64,000 nucleotides of DNA from Gemmatimonadota bacterium (GTDB taxonomy: Bacteria; Gemmatimonadota; Gemmatimonadetes; Gemmatimonadales; Gemmatimonadaceae), in contig JANMLN010000057.1 in the NCBI GenBank assembly GCA_031372565.1, forward strand, positions 15,025-79,024, in the 5' to 3' direction. Below the pieces are notes generated by a model, which saw nothing but the letters and a program-made list of their open reading frames with translations, searched no databases and was not told the origin of the DNA. Made by a program: the position numbers and the translations under genes. Of this stretch, positions 8,724 to 18,406 are shown one piece after another; position 1 is the stretch's first letter; every line of letters begins with the position of its first letter.

Positions 8724-10331
8724 ATGACACCGTCCGACGTGCGGAATGGCGCGGTTCCCACAGGCGAAGTCGTCTATGACGACGTCGCCGTGGCGCCGAT
8801 GCTGAACGATGGCGATGCGAGCCCGGCCGACGTGAACCTCGCGGCGACCCAGGGCGACGGCGTGGGCTGTCATGCCGGCGCCGCCGAGATGAAGAAGGCG
8901 GCCGCAGCGGCGGGCAAGAGCGAGACGCTCGCGCGCTACGCGGCGGATTACCCGACCGGTCCGCACGACCAGCCACAGAGCATGTGCCCCGCCTTCGGCT
9001 CGTTGCGCGTCGGCCTGCGCATGCGTCGCACGGCGACGGTCCTCTCGGGCTCGGCGTGCTGCGTGTACGGTCTCACGTTCACGTCGCACTTCTACGGCGC
9101 CCGCCGCACCGTGGGCTACGTGCCGTTCAACTCCGAGACGCTCGTCACCGGCAAGCTGTTCGAGGACATTCGCGAAGCGGTCTTCCAGCTGGCCGATCCG
9201 GCCAACTACGACGCGATCGTCATCACCAATCTCTGCGTCCCGACGGCCAGCGGCGTGCCGCTGCAGCTGCTGCCCAAGGAGATCAACGGCGTCCGCATCA
9301 TCGGCATCGACGTGCCGGGCTTCGGCGTACCGACGCATGCGGAAGCCAAGGACGTGCTGGCCGGCGCCATGCTCAAGTACGCGCGCACCGAGGCCGAGCA
9401 GGGCCCGGTGATGGCGCCGCGCGGCGGCAAGACCGACAAGCCGACGATCACGCTGGTGGGCGAGATGTTTCCCGCCGACCCGGTCGGCATCGGCATGTTG
9501 CTCGAGCCGCTCGGACTCGCGGCCGGACCGGTGGTGCCCACGCGCGAATGGCGCGAGCTCTACGCGTCGCTCGACTGTGCGGCCGTCGCCGCGATTCACC
9601 CGTTCTATACCGCGGTGTACCGCGAGATGACCGCCGCCGGGCGCACCATGGTCGGCTCCGCCCCCGTGGGCCACGATGGCACGGCCGCGTGGCTCGAAGC
9701 GATCGGCCAGACGTGCGGCATCGCCGCCGACAAGATCGCCGCGGCGCAGAACAAGTTCCTTCCGGCCATCAAGGGCGCGCTCGCCAGGATGCCGATCAAG
9801 GGCCGCATCACGATGTCGGGCTACGAGGGCTCCGAGTTGCTCGTGGCGCGCCTCCTCGTCGAGAGCGGCGCGGATGTGCGCTACGTCGGAACGGCCTGCC
9901 CCAAGACCGTCTGGTCGGACCCCGACCGCGAGTGGCTCGAGGCGCGCGGCGTCCGCATCCAGTACCGTGCGTCCCTGGAACAGGACGTGGCCGCGATGCA
10001 CGAGTTCCAGCCGGACTTGGCCATCGGCACCACGCCCGTCGTGCAGAAGGCCAAGGAACTCGCCATCCCGGGCCTCTACTTCACCAACCTGATTTCGGCG
10101 CGGCCGCTCATGGGCCCGGCCGGTGCGGGTTCGCTCGCCACCGTCATCAACGCGGCGCTGGCCAACAAGCATCGGTTCGACGAGATGAAGGAGTTTTTCG
10201 AGGGCGTGGGCACCGGCTTCGCGACGGGCGTGTGGGAAGAGACGCCGGTGGATCACCCCGAGTTCCGCGAGCACTACAAGCGTCACCTCACGCGCATCCA
10301 GAAGCGCAAGAAGGCGGAGGAGATGATCTAG
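8724..10331 (+). CDS. bchY: Chlorophyllide a reductase subunit Y (alternative TTG start at 8715)
   Basis: [51 protein letters not shown]. Confidence 0.96.
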   Translation: MTPSDVRNGAVPTGEVVYDDVAVAPMLNDGDASPADVNLAATQGDGVGCHAGAAEMKKAAAAAGKSETLARYAADYPTGPHDQPQSMCPAFGSLRVGLRMRRTATVLSGSACCVYGLTFTSHFYGARRTVGYVPFNSETLVTGKLFEDIREAVFQLADPANYDAIVITNLCVPTASGVPLQLLPKEINGVRIIGIDVPGFGVPTHAEAKDVLAGAMLKYARTEAEQGPVMAPRGGKTDKPTITLVGEMFPADPVGIGMLLEPLGLAAGPVVPTREWRELYASLDCAAVAAIHPFYTAVYREMTAAGRTMVGSAPVGHDGTAAWLEAIGQTCGIAADKIAAAQNKFLPAIKGALARMPIKGRITMSGYEGSELLVARLLVESGADVRYVGTACPKTVWSDPDREWLEARGVRIQYRASLEQDVAAMHEFQPDLAIGTTPVVQKAKELAIPGLYFTNLISARPLMGPAGAGSLATVINAALANKHRFDEMKEFFEGVGTGFATGVWEETPVDHPEFREHYKRHLTRIQKRKKAEEMI

Positions 10332-11785
10332 TGCTCGTCCTCGACCACGATCGCGCCGGCGGGTACTGGGGAGCCGTGTATGTCTTCACGGCCATCAAGG
10401 GACTGCAGGTCATCATCGACGGCCCGGTGGGGTGCGAGAACCTCCCGGTGACCTCGGTGCTGCACTACACCGACGCGCTGCCGCCGCATGAGCTGCCGAT
10501 CGTCGTGACCGGGCTCGGCGAGGAGGAACTCGGCCAGCACGGCACCGAGGCCGCGATGAAGCGCGCCCACAAGACGCTCGACCCCGAGCTGCCGTCGGTC
10601 GTGGTCACGGGCTCGATCGCGGAGATGATCGGCGGCGGTGTGACGCCCGAAGGGACCAACCTCCAGCGGTTCCTGCCGCGCACGATCGACGAGGACCAGT
10701 GGCAGAGCGCGAATCGCGCCCTGTACTGGCTGTGGACCGAGTACGGCCTGAAGAAGGGGGTGCGCCCCGAGAAGGCGGTGCGTGCACCGGGAGCCAAGCC
10801 GAAGGTCAACATCATCGGCACGATCTACGGCACCTTCAACAGCCCGTCGGACATGACCGAGATGCGCCGCCTGGTCGAGGGGATCGGTGCCGAGGTCAAC
10901 ATGGTCTTCCCGCTGGGCAGCCATCTGCAGGACGTGCCGCGGCTGATCGATGCCGACGTGAATGTCTGCATGTACCGCGAGTTCGGACGCATGCTGTGCG
11001 AGTCGCTGGAGGTCCCGTACCTGCAGGCGCCGATCGGCCTGCACTCGACGACCAAGTTCCTCCGCACACTGGGCGAGATGCTCGGACTCGATCCCGAACC
11101 GTTCATCGAGAAGGAAAAGCACACGACCATCAAGCCCCTCTGGGACCTGTGGCGGTCGGTGACGCAGGACTTCTTCGGCACGGCCTCCTTCGCCATCGTG
11201 GCCAACGAGACCTACGCGCGCGGCGTCCGCCACTTCCTCGAGACGGAGATGGGGCTTCCCTGCACCTTCTCGTTCGCGCGACGTGCGGGGGTGAAGCCGG
11301 ACAACGCCGCCGTGCGTCAGGCGATCAAGGAGAAGCCGCCGCTCATCATGTTCGGCAGCTACAACGAGCGCATGTACATGGCGGAACTCGGCACGCGCGC
11401 GATGTACGTGCCGGCGTCGTTCCCCGGCGCGATCATCCGTCGGCACACGGGCACGCCCTTCATGGGCTACTCGGGCGCGACGTACATCGTGCAGGAAGTG
11501 TGCAACGCCCTGTTCGACGCGCTCTTTCACATCCTCCCGCTCGGCACGGAGATGGACAAGGTCGACGCCACGCCGGCGCGTCAGCACAAGGAGCTGCCGT
11601 GGACCGACGACGCGAAGTCGGCCTTCGATGACATCGTCGAGTCCTTGCCGGTGCTGGTGCGCATTTCGGCGGCCAAGCGGCTGCGTGATGCCGCAGAAAA
11701 GGACGCGCGCGATCTGGGCGACGACACGGTGACGCCCGATCACGTGATGGCCACGCGCAAGATGATCGCCGGAGTGCCTGCCTGA
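10331..11785 (+). CDS. bchZ: Chlorophyllide a reductase subunit Z
   Basis: [28 protein letters not shown]-terminal PCP_red-like [17 protein letters not shown] overlaps the bchY TAG. Confidence 0.96.
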   Translation: MLVLDHDRAGGYWGAVYVFTAIKGLQVIIDGPVGCENLPVTSVLHYTDALPPHELPIVVTGLGEEELGQHGTEAAMKRAHKTLDPELPSVVVTGSIAEMIGGGVTPEGTNLQRFLPRTIDEDQWQSANRALYWLWTEYGLKKGVRPEKAVRAPGAKPKVNIIGTIYGTFNSPSDMTEMRRLVEGIGAEVNMVFPLGSHLQDVPRLIDADVNVCMYREFGRMLCESLEVPYLQAPIGLHSTTKFLRTLGEMLGLDPEPFIEKEKHTTIKPLWDLWRSVTQDFFGTASFAIVANETYARGVRHFLETEMGLPCTFSFARRAGVKPDNAAVRQAIKEKPPLIMFGSYNERMYMAELGTRAMYVPASFPGAIIRRHTGTPFMGYSGATYIVQEVCNALFDALFHILPLGTEMDKVDATPARQHKELPWTDDAKSAFDDIVESLPVLVRISAAKRLRDAAEKDARDLGDDTVTPDHVMATRKMIAGVPA

Positions 11786-11813
11786 TGTCCGACTGGGTCC
11801 TCCGGGGGCGCGC

Positions 11814-12686
11814 TCAGCGCGCCGATGCGTCGGCCACGAGTCCGGCGAGGAGTGCGGCTGCGTCGAGCGGTCGTTCCTCGTGGACCACGTGCCCGCCGCT
11901 CCACGAGAGGATCCTGGCCGACGGAAAGTGCTCCGCGAACACCTTGGCGAGCGGCACGGGCGGAATCCAGCGGTCCTCGGTGCCGAGCACGAAGGTGGCC
12001 GGCGACGCGAAGCGTGCCACCCGTGCGAGCAACGCGCGCAGGTCCCAGCCCGCCATGAGCGCGAGTGCCCCCTCGACGTGCTTCGGATCGCGCATCAACC
12101 GCGCGTACCAGCCGCGCTGCGCCGCGGTGAGCGCTGATCCGGTGCTGTCGAGCAGCCGGTCGAGCACCGCCGGTTCGCGCGCGATGAGCGCGGCCACGGC
12201 GCGGACCGGGTCGGTGCGCAACAGCGGCAGCAGCCACGGCGCGATGAGCGCGGTGTACGCGCCCGGTGCTGGCACCAGTGATGGGTTGAAGCCGACGATG
12301 GCCGGGGCGTGCGCGCCGGCGTCGTGGGCCATGGCGACCGCGAGCGCTGCGCCGGCCGAATGGCCGGCAATGAGCGTGGGCGGTGGGAGCTCGAGCGAGA
12401 CGAGGAGCGCGCGCAGCGCATCAGCGACGGCCGGGATGGTTGGTGGCGCGTCAGGCCATGCGCTCGTGAAGCCGTGTCCGGGTAAGTCGGGCACGACCAC
12501 GGTGGCGACGGATGCCAGCGAGCGCGCGACGTCAGCCCACGAATGTGTCGAGGCGCCGGTGCCGTGCAACAATAGGACCACCGGTCCGGCACCAAGTACT
12601 TGCACATGCCATGTGTTTGGGGGCAAGATAGCCGCGCGACTTTTTTCAGAATGCGGCCAGTCGGCTGGAATGCTGGTCAGGGGCAT
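11814..12686 (-). CDS. bchO: Alpha/beta hydrolase BchO (Mg-chelatase accessory)
   Basis: DWPH..SR, WHVQ..G.GP..LLLHGTGASTHSW, DLPGHGFT, GHSAG nucleophile elbow, GGHVVHEE. Confidence 0.85.
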   Translation of the reverse strand: MPLTSIPADWPHSEKSRAAILPPNTWHVQVLGAGPVVLLLHGTGASTHSWADVARSLASVATVVVPDLPGHGFTSAWPDAPPTIPAVADALRALLVSLELPPPTLIAGHSAGAALAVAMAHDAGAHAPAIVGFNPSLVPAPGAYTALIAPWLLPLLRTDPVRAVAALIAREPAVLDRLLDSTGSALTAAQRGWYARLMRDPKHVEGALALMAGWDLRALLARVARFASPATFVLGTEDRWIPPVPLAKVFAEHFPSARILSWSGGHVVHEERPLDAAALLAGLVADASAR

Positions 12687-12798
12687 GCACGATTGTAGTA
12701 CCGCAGTACCGTTTGGCGGCACCGAGCGAGCGCACTGAGGCGTTCGCTTCCCCGAACCGCGGGGGGCAGACCGCGGGATTTCCTGTTCGGAGGATAGC

Positions 12799-12936
12799 AT
12801 GAGCGACAACAACGGCGGCATGACGGAAGACGAAGCACGTCGGTTCCATGGCTACTTCATCATGGGCACGGCGGTGTTTGTTGGGACGGCGATCGCTGCC
12901 CACCTCGCGGCCTGGAGCTGGCGCCCCTGGTTCTAG
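12799..12936 (+). CDS. pufB: Light-harvesting beta polypeptide (45 aa; absent from the ORF track)
   Basis: Hand translation MSDNNGGMTEDEARRFHGYFIMGTAVFVGTAIAAHLAAWSWRPWF; GGAGG RBS; AH..AW.WRPW motif. Confidence 0.95.
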   Translation: MSDNNGGMTEDEARRFHGYFIMGTAVFVGTAIAAHLAAWSWRPWF

Positions 12937-12975
12937 GTCGCAGTCACGTCTTCCCACACTCTACTGGAGAGCAAT

Positions 12976-13134
12976 ATGTATCGGATCTGGATCGGGCTTG
13001 ACCCGAAGATCGTGATGTCGCTGACGGGCACTGCCATCAGCGTCATGGTGCTGGTGATTCACCTCTTCGCGTTCAAGGTGGTGAACTATCCTGGCACGAC
13101 TGTCGCCAAGTACGCTACCGCGGCCACTCGGTGA
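12976..13134 (+). CDS. pufA: Light-harvesting alpha polypeptide, outer-ring (LHh)-type (52 aa; absent from the ORF track)
   Basis: Hand translation MYRIWIGLDPKIVMSLTGTAISVMVLVIHLFAFKVVNYPGTTVAKYATAATR; GGAG RBS; RIW...DP, TM helix and BChl-ligand His29. Confidence 0.88.
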   Translation: MYRIWIGLDPKIVMSLTGTAISVMVLVIHLFAFKVVNYPGTTVAKYATAATR

Positions 13135-13233
13135 CCATTCTGGGACGCCTGGGACATCGCGGTGGCCTGACGTCCGCGTTCGGGCTGTACACGTGTTCTC
13201 ACCGTCGCCCTTTCAACCCTTAGGAGATGCAGA

Positions 13234-13449
13234 ATGCATCGCATTTGGCTGGCCTTTGATCCGCGCAGGGTGATGGTGGCCCTGACCGGATTCCTTGCAG
13301 TGCTGGCGCTGCTGATTCACTTCATCCTGCTCAGCAGCCACCGGTATTCGTGGATCGAAAACGGGACCATGTCCGCCGACCAGCTCAAGGTCGGTAGCGC
13401 GGCTCCCGCAGCGGCGGCTGAAATGGCCCCGCTCCCTCCCGGGCGGTAG
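13234..13449 (+). CDS. pufA: LH1 alpha polypeptide with C-terminal extension
   Basis: [46 protein letters not shown]. Confidence 0.95.
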   Translation: MHRIWLAFDPRRVMVALTGFLAVLALLIHFILLSSHRYSWIENGTMSADQLKVGSAAPAAAAEMAPLPPGR

Positions 13450-13466
13450 TCTGGCAAGTCGTGGCT

Positions 13467-13514
13467 GCAGGGGAGGGCGCCGTGTGGTTGGTACCGCCGA
13501 CGCCCCCCCTCTGC
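13467..13514 (+). terminator. pufA-pufL intercistronic stem-loop (mRNA decay barrier or partial terminator)
   Basis: GCAGGGGAGGGCGCCG...CGACGCCCCCCCTCTGC imperfect inverted repeat at the same position as the Rhodobacter puf hairpin. Confidence 0.6.
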
Positions 13515-13563
13515 CCGACGCCGCTAAGCACCGGCCCGCGCTTCCCCACTGGGAGATCGCACC

Positions 13564-14388
13564 ATGGCAATGCTGAGTTTCGAGAAGAAGTACCGCGTCA
13601 AGGGTGGGACCCTCATCGGAGGGGATCTGTTTGATTTTTGGGTCGGGCCGTTTTACGTCGGCTTCTTCGGCGTGACGGCGGCCTTCTGCGCCATCATGGG
13701 CACGTTGCTCATCGTGTACGGCGCCGCCGTCGGACCGACCTCGAACATCTGGCAGATCAACATCGCGCCGCCCGACCTCAAGTACGGACTCGGCCTCGCG
13801 CCGATGAACGAGGGCGGGCTGTGGCAGTTCATCACGATCTTCGCGATCGGCGCCTTCGTGAGTTGGATTCTTCGTCAGGCGGAGATCAGCCGCAAGCTCG
13901 GCATGGGGATGCACATCCCGTGGGCGTACAGCGTGTGCGTCTTTGCCTACGTGACGCTCGTGGTGATCCGTCCCGTGCTGCTCGGCGCGTGGGGACACGC
14001 GTTCCCGTACGGGATCTTCAGTCATCTCGACTGGGTGTCGAACGTCGGCTATCAGTACCTGCACTTCCACTACAATCCGGCGCACATGGTCGCGGTGACG
14101 TTCTTCTTCACCACGGTGCTCGCGCTGGCGATGCATGGCTCGCTGATTCTCTCGGTGACGAACCCGGGCAAGGGAAAGATTGTCAAGACGAGCGAGCACG
14201 AGAACGTGTTCTTCCGCGATTTCCTGGGCTACTCCATCGGCGCAATCGGTATTCACCGCCTCGGCCTCTTCCTGGCGCTGTCGGCGGGGATATGGAGCGC
14301 GATCTGTATCGTGCTGGCAGGTCCCTTCTGGACGAAGGGCTGGCCGGAATGGTGGGGCTGGTGGCTCAACATGCCCATCTGGCGATAG
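13564..14388 (+). CDS. pufL: Photosynthetic reaction center L subunit
   Basis: [55 protein letters not shown]. Confidence 0.99.
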   Translation: MAMLSFEKKYRVKGGTLIGGDLFDFWVGPFYVGFFGVTAAFCAIMGTLLIVYGAAVGPTSNIWQINIAPPDLKYGLGLAPMNEGGLWQFITIFAIGAFVSWILRQAEISRKLGMGMHIPWAYSVCVFAYVTLVVIRPVLLGAWGHAFPYGIFSHLDWVSNVGYQYLHFHYNPAHMVAVTFFFTTVLALAMHGSLILSVTNPGKGKIVKTSEHENVFFRDFLGYSIGAIGIHRLGLFLALSAGIWSAICIVLAGPFWTKGWPEWWGWWLNMPIWR

Positions 14389-14400
14389 GGGGCCACACTG

Positions 14401-15498
14401 ATGCTCGAATACCAGAACCTGTTCACCCGCGTGCAGGTGCGGCATGCCCCGGACCCTGGGCTCCCGCTGCCCGCCGGGTCGGACAAGCGCATCGGCACCG
14501 GATTCTTCAACTACTGGATCGGCAAGTTCGGCGACGCCCAGATCGGGCCGTTCTACCTCGGGACTTACGGGTTGCTCTCCCTCCTCTTTGGCAGCATTGC
14601 CATCGAGATCATGGGACTCAACATGTGGGCGTCCGTGGGGTGGGACCCGGTCGAGTTCGTCCGACGCCTGCCCTGGTTGTCACTGGAGCCGCCCTCGCCG
14701 GAGTACGGCCTCCGCATGCCGCCCCTCGCGAAGGGAGGCTGGTACCTGCTGGCCGGCTTCTTCCTCTCGCTGTCGATCGGGCTGTGGTGGCTGCGCACCT
14801 ACAAGCGTGCGAAGGTGCTCGGGATGGGGACCCATCTCGCGTGGGCATTCGGCTCGGCCATCTTCCTCTACAGCACCTTCTTCTTCCAGCCGTTGCTGGT
14901 CGGTAGCTGGAGCGAAATGGTCCCGTTCGGCCTCTTCCCGCACCTCGACTGGACTGCTGCGTTCAGCATCCGGTACGGGAACCTGTACTACAACCCGTTC
15001 CACGCCCTCTCGATCGTCTTCCTGTATGGATCGACGCTGTTGTTCGCCATGCATGCGGCCACGATTCTCGCGACCAGCCGACTGGGCGGCGAGCGTGAGA
15101 TCGAGCAGATCACCGACCGCGGGACGGCCGCCGAGCGCTCGCAGCTGTTCTGGCGCTGGGTCATGGGCTTCAACGCCACGATGGAGTCGATCCATCGCTG
15201 GGCCTGGTGGTTCGCGGTGCTGACCACTTTCACCGGCGGCATCGGCATCCTGCTCACCGGCACGGTTGTCGACAACTGGTATCTCTGGGCGGTCAAGCAC
15301 CATGTGGCGCCGCAGTACCCGGCGGCCAACAAGACGCTGACGCCGGCCCTGCTCGATTCCCTCCGCGGCCAGTATGCGGGGCCGATGAACAAGGGATTCC
15401 CGGTCTACGCCGTTCCCGCGGCGCCGATCGCACCTGCCGTCACCGACACGGCCGCGATGGCCGCGCCGGCCGCGCCCGACACCGGGAGGAAGCCATGA
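14401..15498 (+). CDS. pufM: Photosynthetic reaction center M subunit with a C-terminal extension of about 60 aa
   Basis: [52 protein letters not shown]. Confidence 0.99.
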   Translation: MLEYQNLFTRVQVRHAPDPGLPLPAGSDKRIGTGFFNYWIGKFGDAQIGPFYLGTYGLLSLLFGSIAIEIMGLNMWASVGWDPVEFVRRLPWLSLEPPSPEYGLRMPPLAKGGWYLLAGFFLSLSIGLWWLRTYKRAKVLGMGTHLAWAFGSAIFLYSTFFFQPLLVGSWSEMVPFGLFPHLDWTAAFSIRYGNLYYNPFHALSIVFLYGSTLLFAMHAATILATSRLGGEREIEQITDRGTAAERSQLFWRWVMGFNATMESIHRWAWWFAVLTTFTGGIGILLTGTVVDNWYLWAVKHHVAPQYPAANKTLTPALLDSLRGQYAGPMNKGFPVYAVPAAPIAPAVTDTAAMAAPAAPDTGRKP

Positions 15499-16583
15499 GT
15501 GCCGTGATGGTTCGTCGTCTCTCCACGAGGGCGCTCGCCGCGAGCGCCCTCCTCCTCACCGCCTGCGATCCGATCACGCCGACCAACAATCGGAATCGGG
15601 ACTTCGTGCAGACCGGTGAGCGCGGCACTTCGATGGCGCAGATCTACAACCGCGACGCCAACGCCGCGAAGTTCAAGGCGGTCAGCATTCCGACCACGCT
15701 CCCCCCGGCGGGCTTGAGCCCGCCGGGGCCGCTGCCGTGGAAGAACGTGCAGGTGCTCAACGACATCAGCGTGGCCGAGTTCAACCGGACGATGATCGCC
15801 TTCAGCACGTGGGTCGCGGGCACCGGCAACTGTGCCTACTGCCACAACGTGGCGAACTTCGCCTCCGACACGCTCAACAACGGCAAGCCGATCTACACCA
15901 AGCTCACGGCGCGCCGCATGATCCAGATGACCCGCCACATCAACGGCAACTATGCCAGCCATGTGGCCAACACCGGGGTCACCTGCTACACCTGTCACCT
16001 GGGCAAGCCGCAGCCGAACGGCCTCTGGTTCTACAGCAACGAGAGCCAGTACCTGCGGAACTACCTCGACTACACGGGTGCGCGCGTGGTCTCGCACACG
16101 GTCGCGCCATCGCCGGCCAACCGCTCGTCGGTCAAGCAGACCGAGAACACCTACGCCCAGATGATCTCGATGTCGACGGCGCTGGGCGTCAATTGCACCT
16201 ACTGCCACAACTCGCGGCAGTTCGCGAGTTGGGAGCAGTCGCCGCCGGCGCGCGTCAAGGCGTACCGCGGCATCCAGATGATCCGCGACGTGAACTCCAA
16301 CTACGTCGCGCCGCTGGCGAGCATTCTGCCGGCCATCCGCCTGGGTCCCATGGGTGATGGCCCCAAAGCCCAGTGCAGCACGTGCCATAACGGGGTCTAC
16401 AAGCCGCTCTACGGCGCACAGATGGCCAAGGATTATCCGGCTGTCTGGGGTCGTACCGAGTGGAATGGCATCGCGTTCCCCGGGTTGCATCCGGGCACGG
16501 ACACCACGAAGGCCAAGGTGGCATCGGCGGCTGCCCCTGCCACACCGATCGCGGCCGCTGGCGCGGGATCGACGGGGCACTAG
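15495..16583 (+). CDS. pufC: Reaction center tetraheme cytochrome c subunit (lipoprotein)
   Basis: Four CxxCH motifs (CAYCH, CYTCH, CTYCH, CSTCH), lipobox LLLTAC, QTG.RGT.M; ATGA overlap with pufM. Confidence 0.97.
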   Translation: MSAVMVRRLSTRALAASALLLTACDPITPTNNRNRDFVQTGERGTSMAQIYNRDANAAKFKAVSIPTTLPPAGLSPPGPLPWKNVQVLNDISVAEFNRTMIAFSTWVAGTGNCAYCHNVANFASDTLNNGKPIYTKLTARRMIQMTRHINGNYASHVANTGVTCYTCHLGKPQPNGLWFYSNESQYLRNYLDYTGARVVSHTVAPSPANRSSVKQTENTYAQMISMSTALGVNCTYCHNSRQFASWEQSPPARVKAYRGIQMIRDVNSNYVAPLASILPAIRLGPMGDGPKAQCSTCHNGVYKPLYGAQMAKDYPAVWGRTEWNGIAFPGLHPGTDTTKAKVASAAAPATPIAAAGAGSTGH

Positions 16584-16614
16584 GCACCGGTTGGTTCTCC
16601 GCCGCCGTACCGGT

Positions 16615-16652
16615 CAGGCCCCGCGCACCACGCGCGGGGCCTGCTCGTTTTC
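16615..16652 (+). terminator. Rho-independent terminator of the puf operon
   Basis: 12-bp perfect stem CAGGCCCCGCGC/GCGCGGGGCCTG, 5-nt loop, followed by CTCGTTTTC. Confidence 0.75.
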
Positions 16653-16746
16653 GGGCACTTCGCATTCGTCTCGGGTGTTGGACTCCGGCTAGATTGTTCC
16701 GCCCAAGCCATCCTGCTCCCGCGCCCGACCGTCCGAGGATCTCTTC

Positions 16747-17391
16747 GTGAGCACCCGCCGACTTCCCGTCTACATTCTGGCCGACGTTTCCGGCTCCATG
16801 CAGGGCACTCCCATCGAGTCCGTCAAGGCCGGCATCCGCCAGCTGCATCGCGACCTGATGAGCGACCCGCAGGCGATCGAGAGTGCCTATCTCTCCATCA
16901 TCACCTTCGCCGACAGCGCGCAGCAGATCGTGCCGCTCACCGAGGTCGCCCAGTTCCAGCCGCCCGAGGCGATGTCCGCGTCGGGCTCCACGAACTTTGG
17001 CGACGGACTGCGGCTCCTCCTCGAGTGCTTCGACGCCGAACTCGTGCGCACCACGGCCGAACAGAAGGGCGACTGGAAGCCGCTCGTGTTCATCCTGTCC
17101 GATGGCGCTCCCACCGACAGCGCCTGGAGCGAGTACGCGAGCGCCCTCACCGCCAAGCGCCCCGCCAACATCATCGCGCTCGCCTGCGGCGATCAGGCCG
17201 ACACGAGTGTGCTCAAGCGCGTGACCGAGACGGTCATCGAGATGCGCGACATGACCCCCGACGCCTTCAAGTCGTTCTTCAAGTTCGTGTCGGCCAGCGT
17301 CAGGCAGACCAGCGCCAAGGTGGGCGCACCCGGAGCCGGGGGCGCGATCACGCTGCCACCGCCGCCGCCGGGCATCACGATCGTCCCGTAG
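16747..17391 (+). CDS. terY: TerY-family VWA domain protein
   Basis: RRLPVYIL.D.SGSM.G.PIESVK.G, DPQAIE.AYLSIITF, KGDWKPLVFILSDG.PTD, FFKFVSASV, C-terminal LPPPPP. Confidence 0.9.
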   Translation: MSTRRLPVYILADVSGSMQGTPIESVKAGIRQLHRDLMSDPQAIESAYLSIITFADSAQQIVPLTEVAQFQPPEAMSASGSTNFGDGLRLLLECFDAELVRTTAEQKGDWKPLVFILSDGAPTDSAWSEYASALTAKRPANIIALACGDQADTSVLKRVTETVIEMRDMTPDAFKSFFKFVSASVRQTSAKVGAPGAGGAITLPPPPPGITIVP

Positions 17392-17397
17392 TCGGCG

Positions 17398-18405
17398 GTG
17401 GCCGAGACCGAGACGCGCGTGATCATTCCGACGGCCGCGGCGCCCGCAGCGGAGCCGCCGGTCGTCGCCGCCACCTGGCAGGAGCGCGAGCCACCGGACC
17501 CATGGTGCCCCGCGGAACTCACCGCGCACCTCCCGTGGGCGGATGAGGTCGTGCGCGCGCACGCGCACACCTGGTCCGCGCGCGGCCGCGCTGGGTGGAC
17601 GCTCGTCGCCGGCACCCGTCGCGGCCGCTCGCACGCGCATCAGGCGCAGTGGCGGGAAGACGCGGCTGGCTTCGCGTCCCTTCCCGCCGCTGACGGGAGC
17701 GCCCTGCACCTGCTCGTGGCCGCCGATGGCGCCGGATCGGCCCGCTGGAGCCGGATCGGCTCGGAGGCGGCGTGCCGGGCCGTCGTGGACTTCGCGGCCC
17801 TCCACGGGCCCAATGCGGCCGATGGCGGGGCCCTCGTCACGGGCGCTGCCGCCTTCGCCGTCGACGAACTCCGCCGCCTCGCCGCCGTCGGCGGCGCGCT
17901 CCCACGCGACCTCCGCACAACCCTCCTCGTCGCCGCCCTCTGGGGGCACCCGGGACACGAGCAGCTGGCCTGCACGCAGGTCGGCGATGGCGCCATTCTC
18001 GTGCGCACGAGCGATGGCAACGTCACGCAGCTCGGTGTCGGCGACAGCGGCGAGTTCTCGGGAGAGGTCACCTGCTTCGTGCCCGATCCGGAGGCCACCG
18101 CCCGCGCCGCGAGTGCACTGGTGCGGCGCGACGCGCGCGAGGTGACGCACTGCCTGCTGCTCACCGACGGCATCGAGGATCCGTTCTACCCGCTGGCACG
18201 CCGCGGTGCCGGGCTGCTGGCCCAACTCATGGACGGCGTGCGCGAGCCCGCTGAGCACTTTCAGCGGCAAGCGGTCCACGGCCCCGTCTTGGGCGACCCG
18301 GCGATGCATGAGCGACTGGCCGAGTGGCTCACCTTCGAGCGGCGTGGCGAGAACGACGATCGCACACTCGTGGCCGCCGTGCGGGCGGCAGCGGTGGAGC
18401 GCTGA
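17398..18405 (+). CDS. PP2C-family Ser/Thr phosphatase (TerY-P triad type)
   Basis: RRGRSHAH...REDA, VAADGAGSA..S..GS, QVGDG, LLTDG, NDDRT metal-binding motifs. Confidence 0.88.
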   Translation: MAETETRVIIPTAAAPAAEPPVVAATWQEREPPDPWCPAELTAHLPWADEVVRAHAHTWSARGRAGWTLVAGTRRGRSHAHQAQWREDAAGFASLPAADGSALHLLVAADGAGSARWSRIGSEAACRAVVDFAALHGPNAADGGALVTGAAAFAVDELRRLAAVGGALPRDLRTTLLVAALWGHPGHEQLACTQVGDGAILVRTSDGNVTQLGVGDSGEFSGEVTCFVPDPEATARAASALVRRDAREVTHCLLLTDGIEDPFYPLARRGAGLLAQLMDGVREPAEHFQRQAVHGPVLGDPAMHERLAEWLTFERRGENDDRTLVAAVRAAAVER

Positions 18406-18406
18406 C

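Noticed and set aside
8208..11785. Apparent 707 aa and 933 aa BchY and BchZ with long N-terminal extensions
   Set aside because: The extensions overlap bchX and bchY out of frame; real starts are at 8715/8724 and 10331
7702..11785. nifH/nifDK-like nitrogenase or bchLNB
   Set aside because: Motifs and the bchC context identify chlorophyllide reductase BchXYZ
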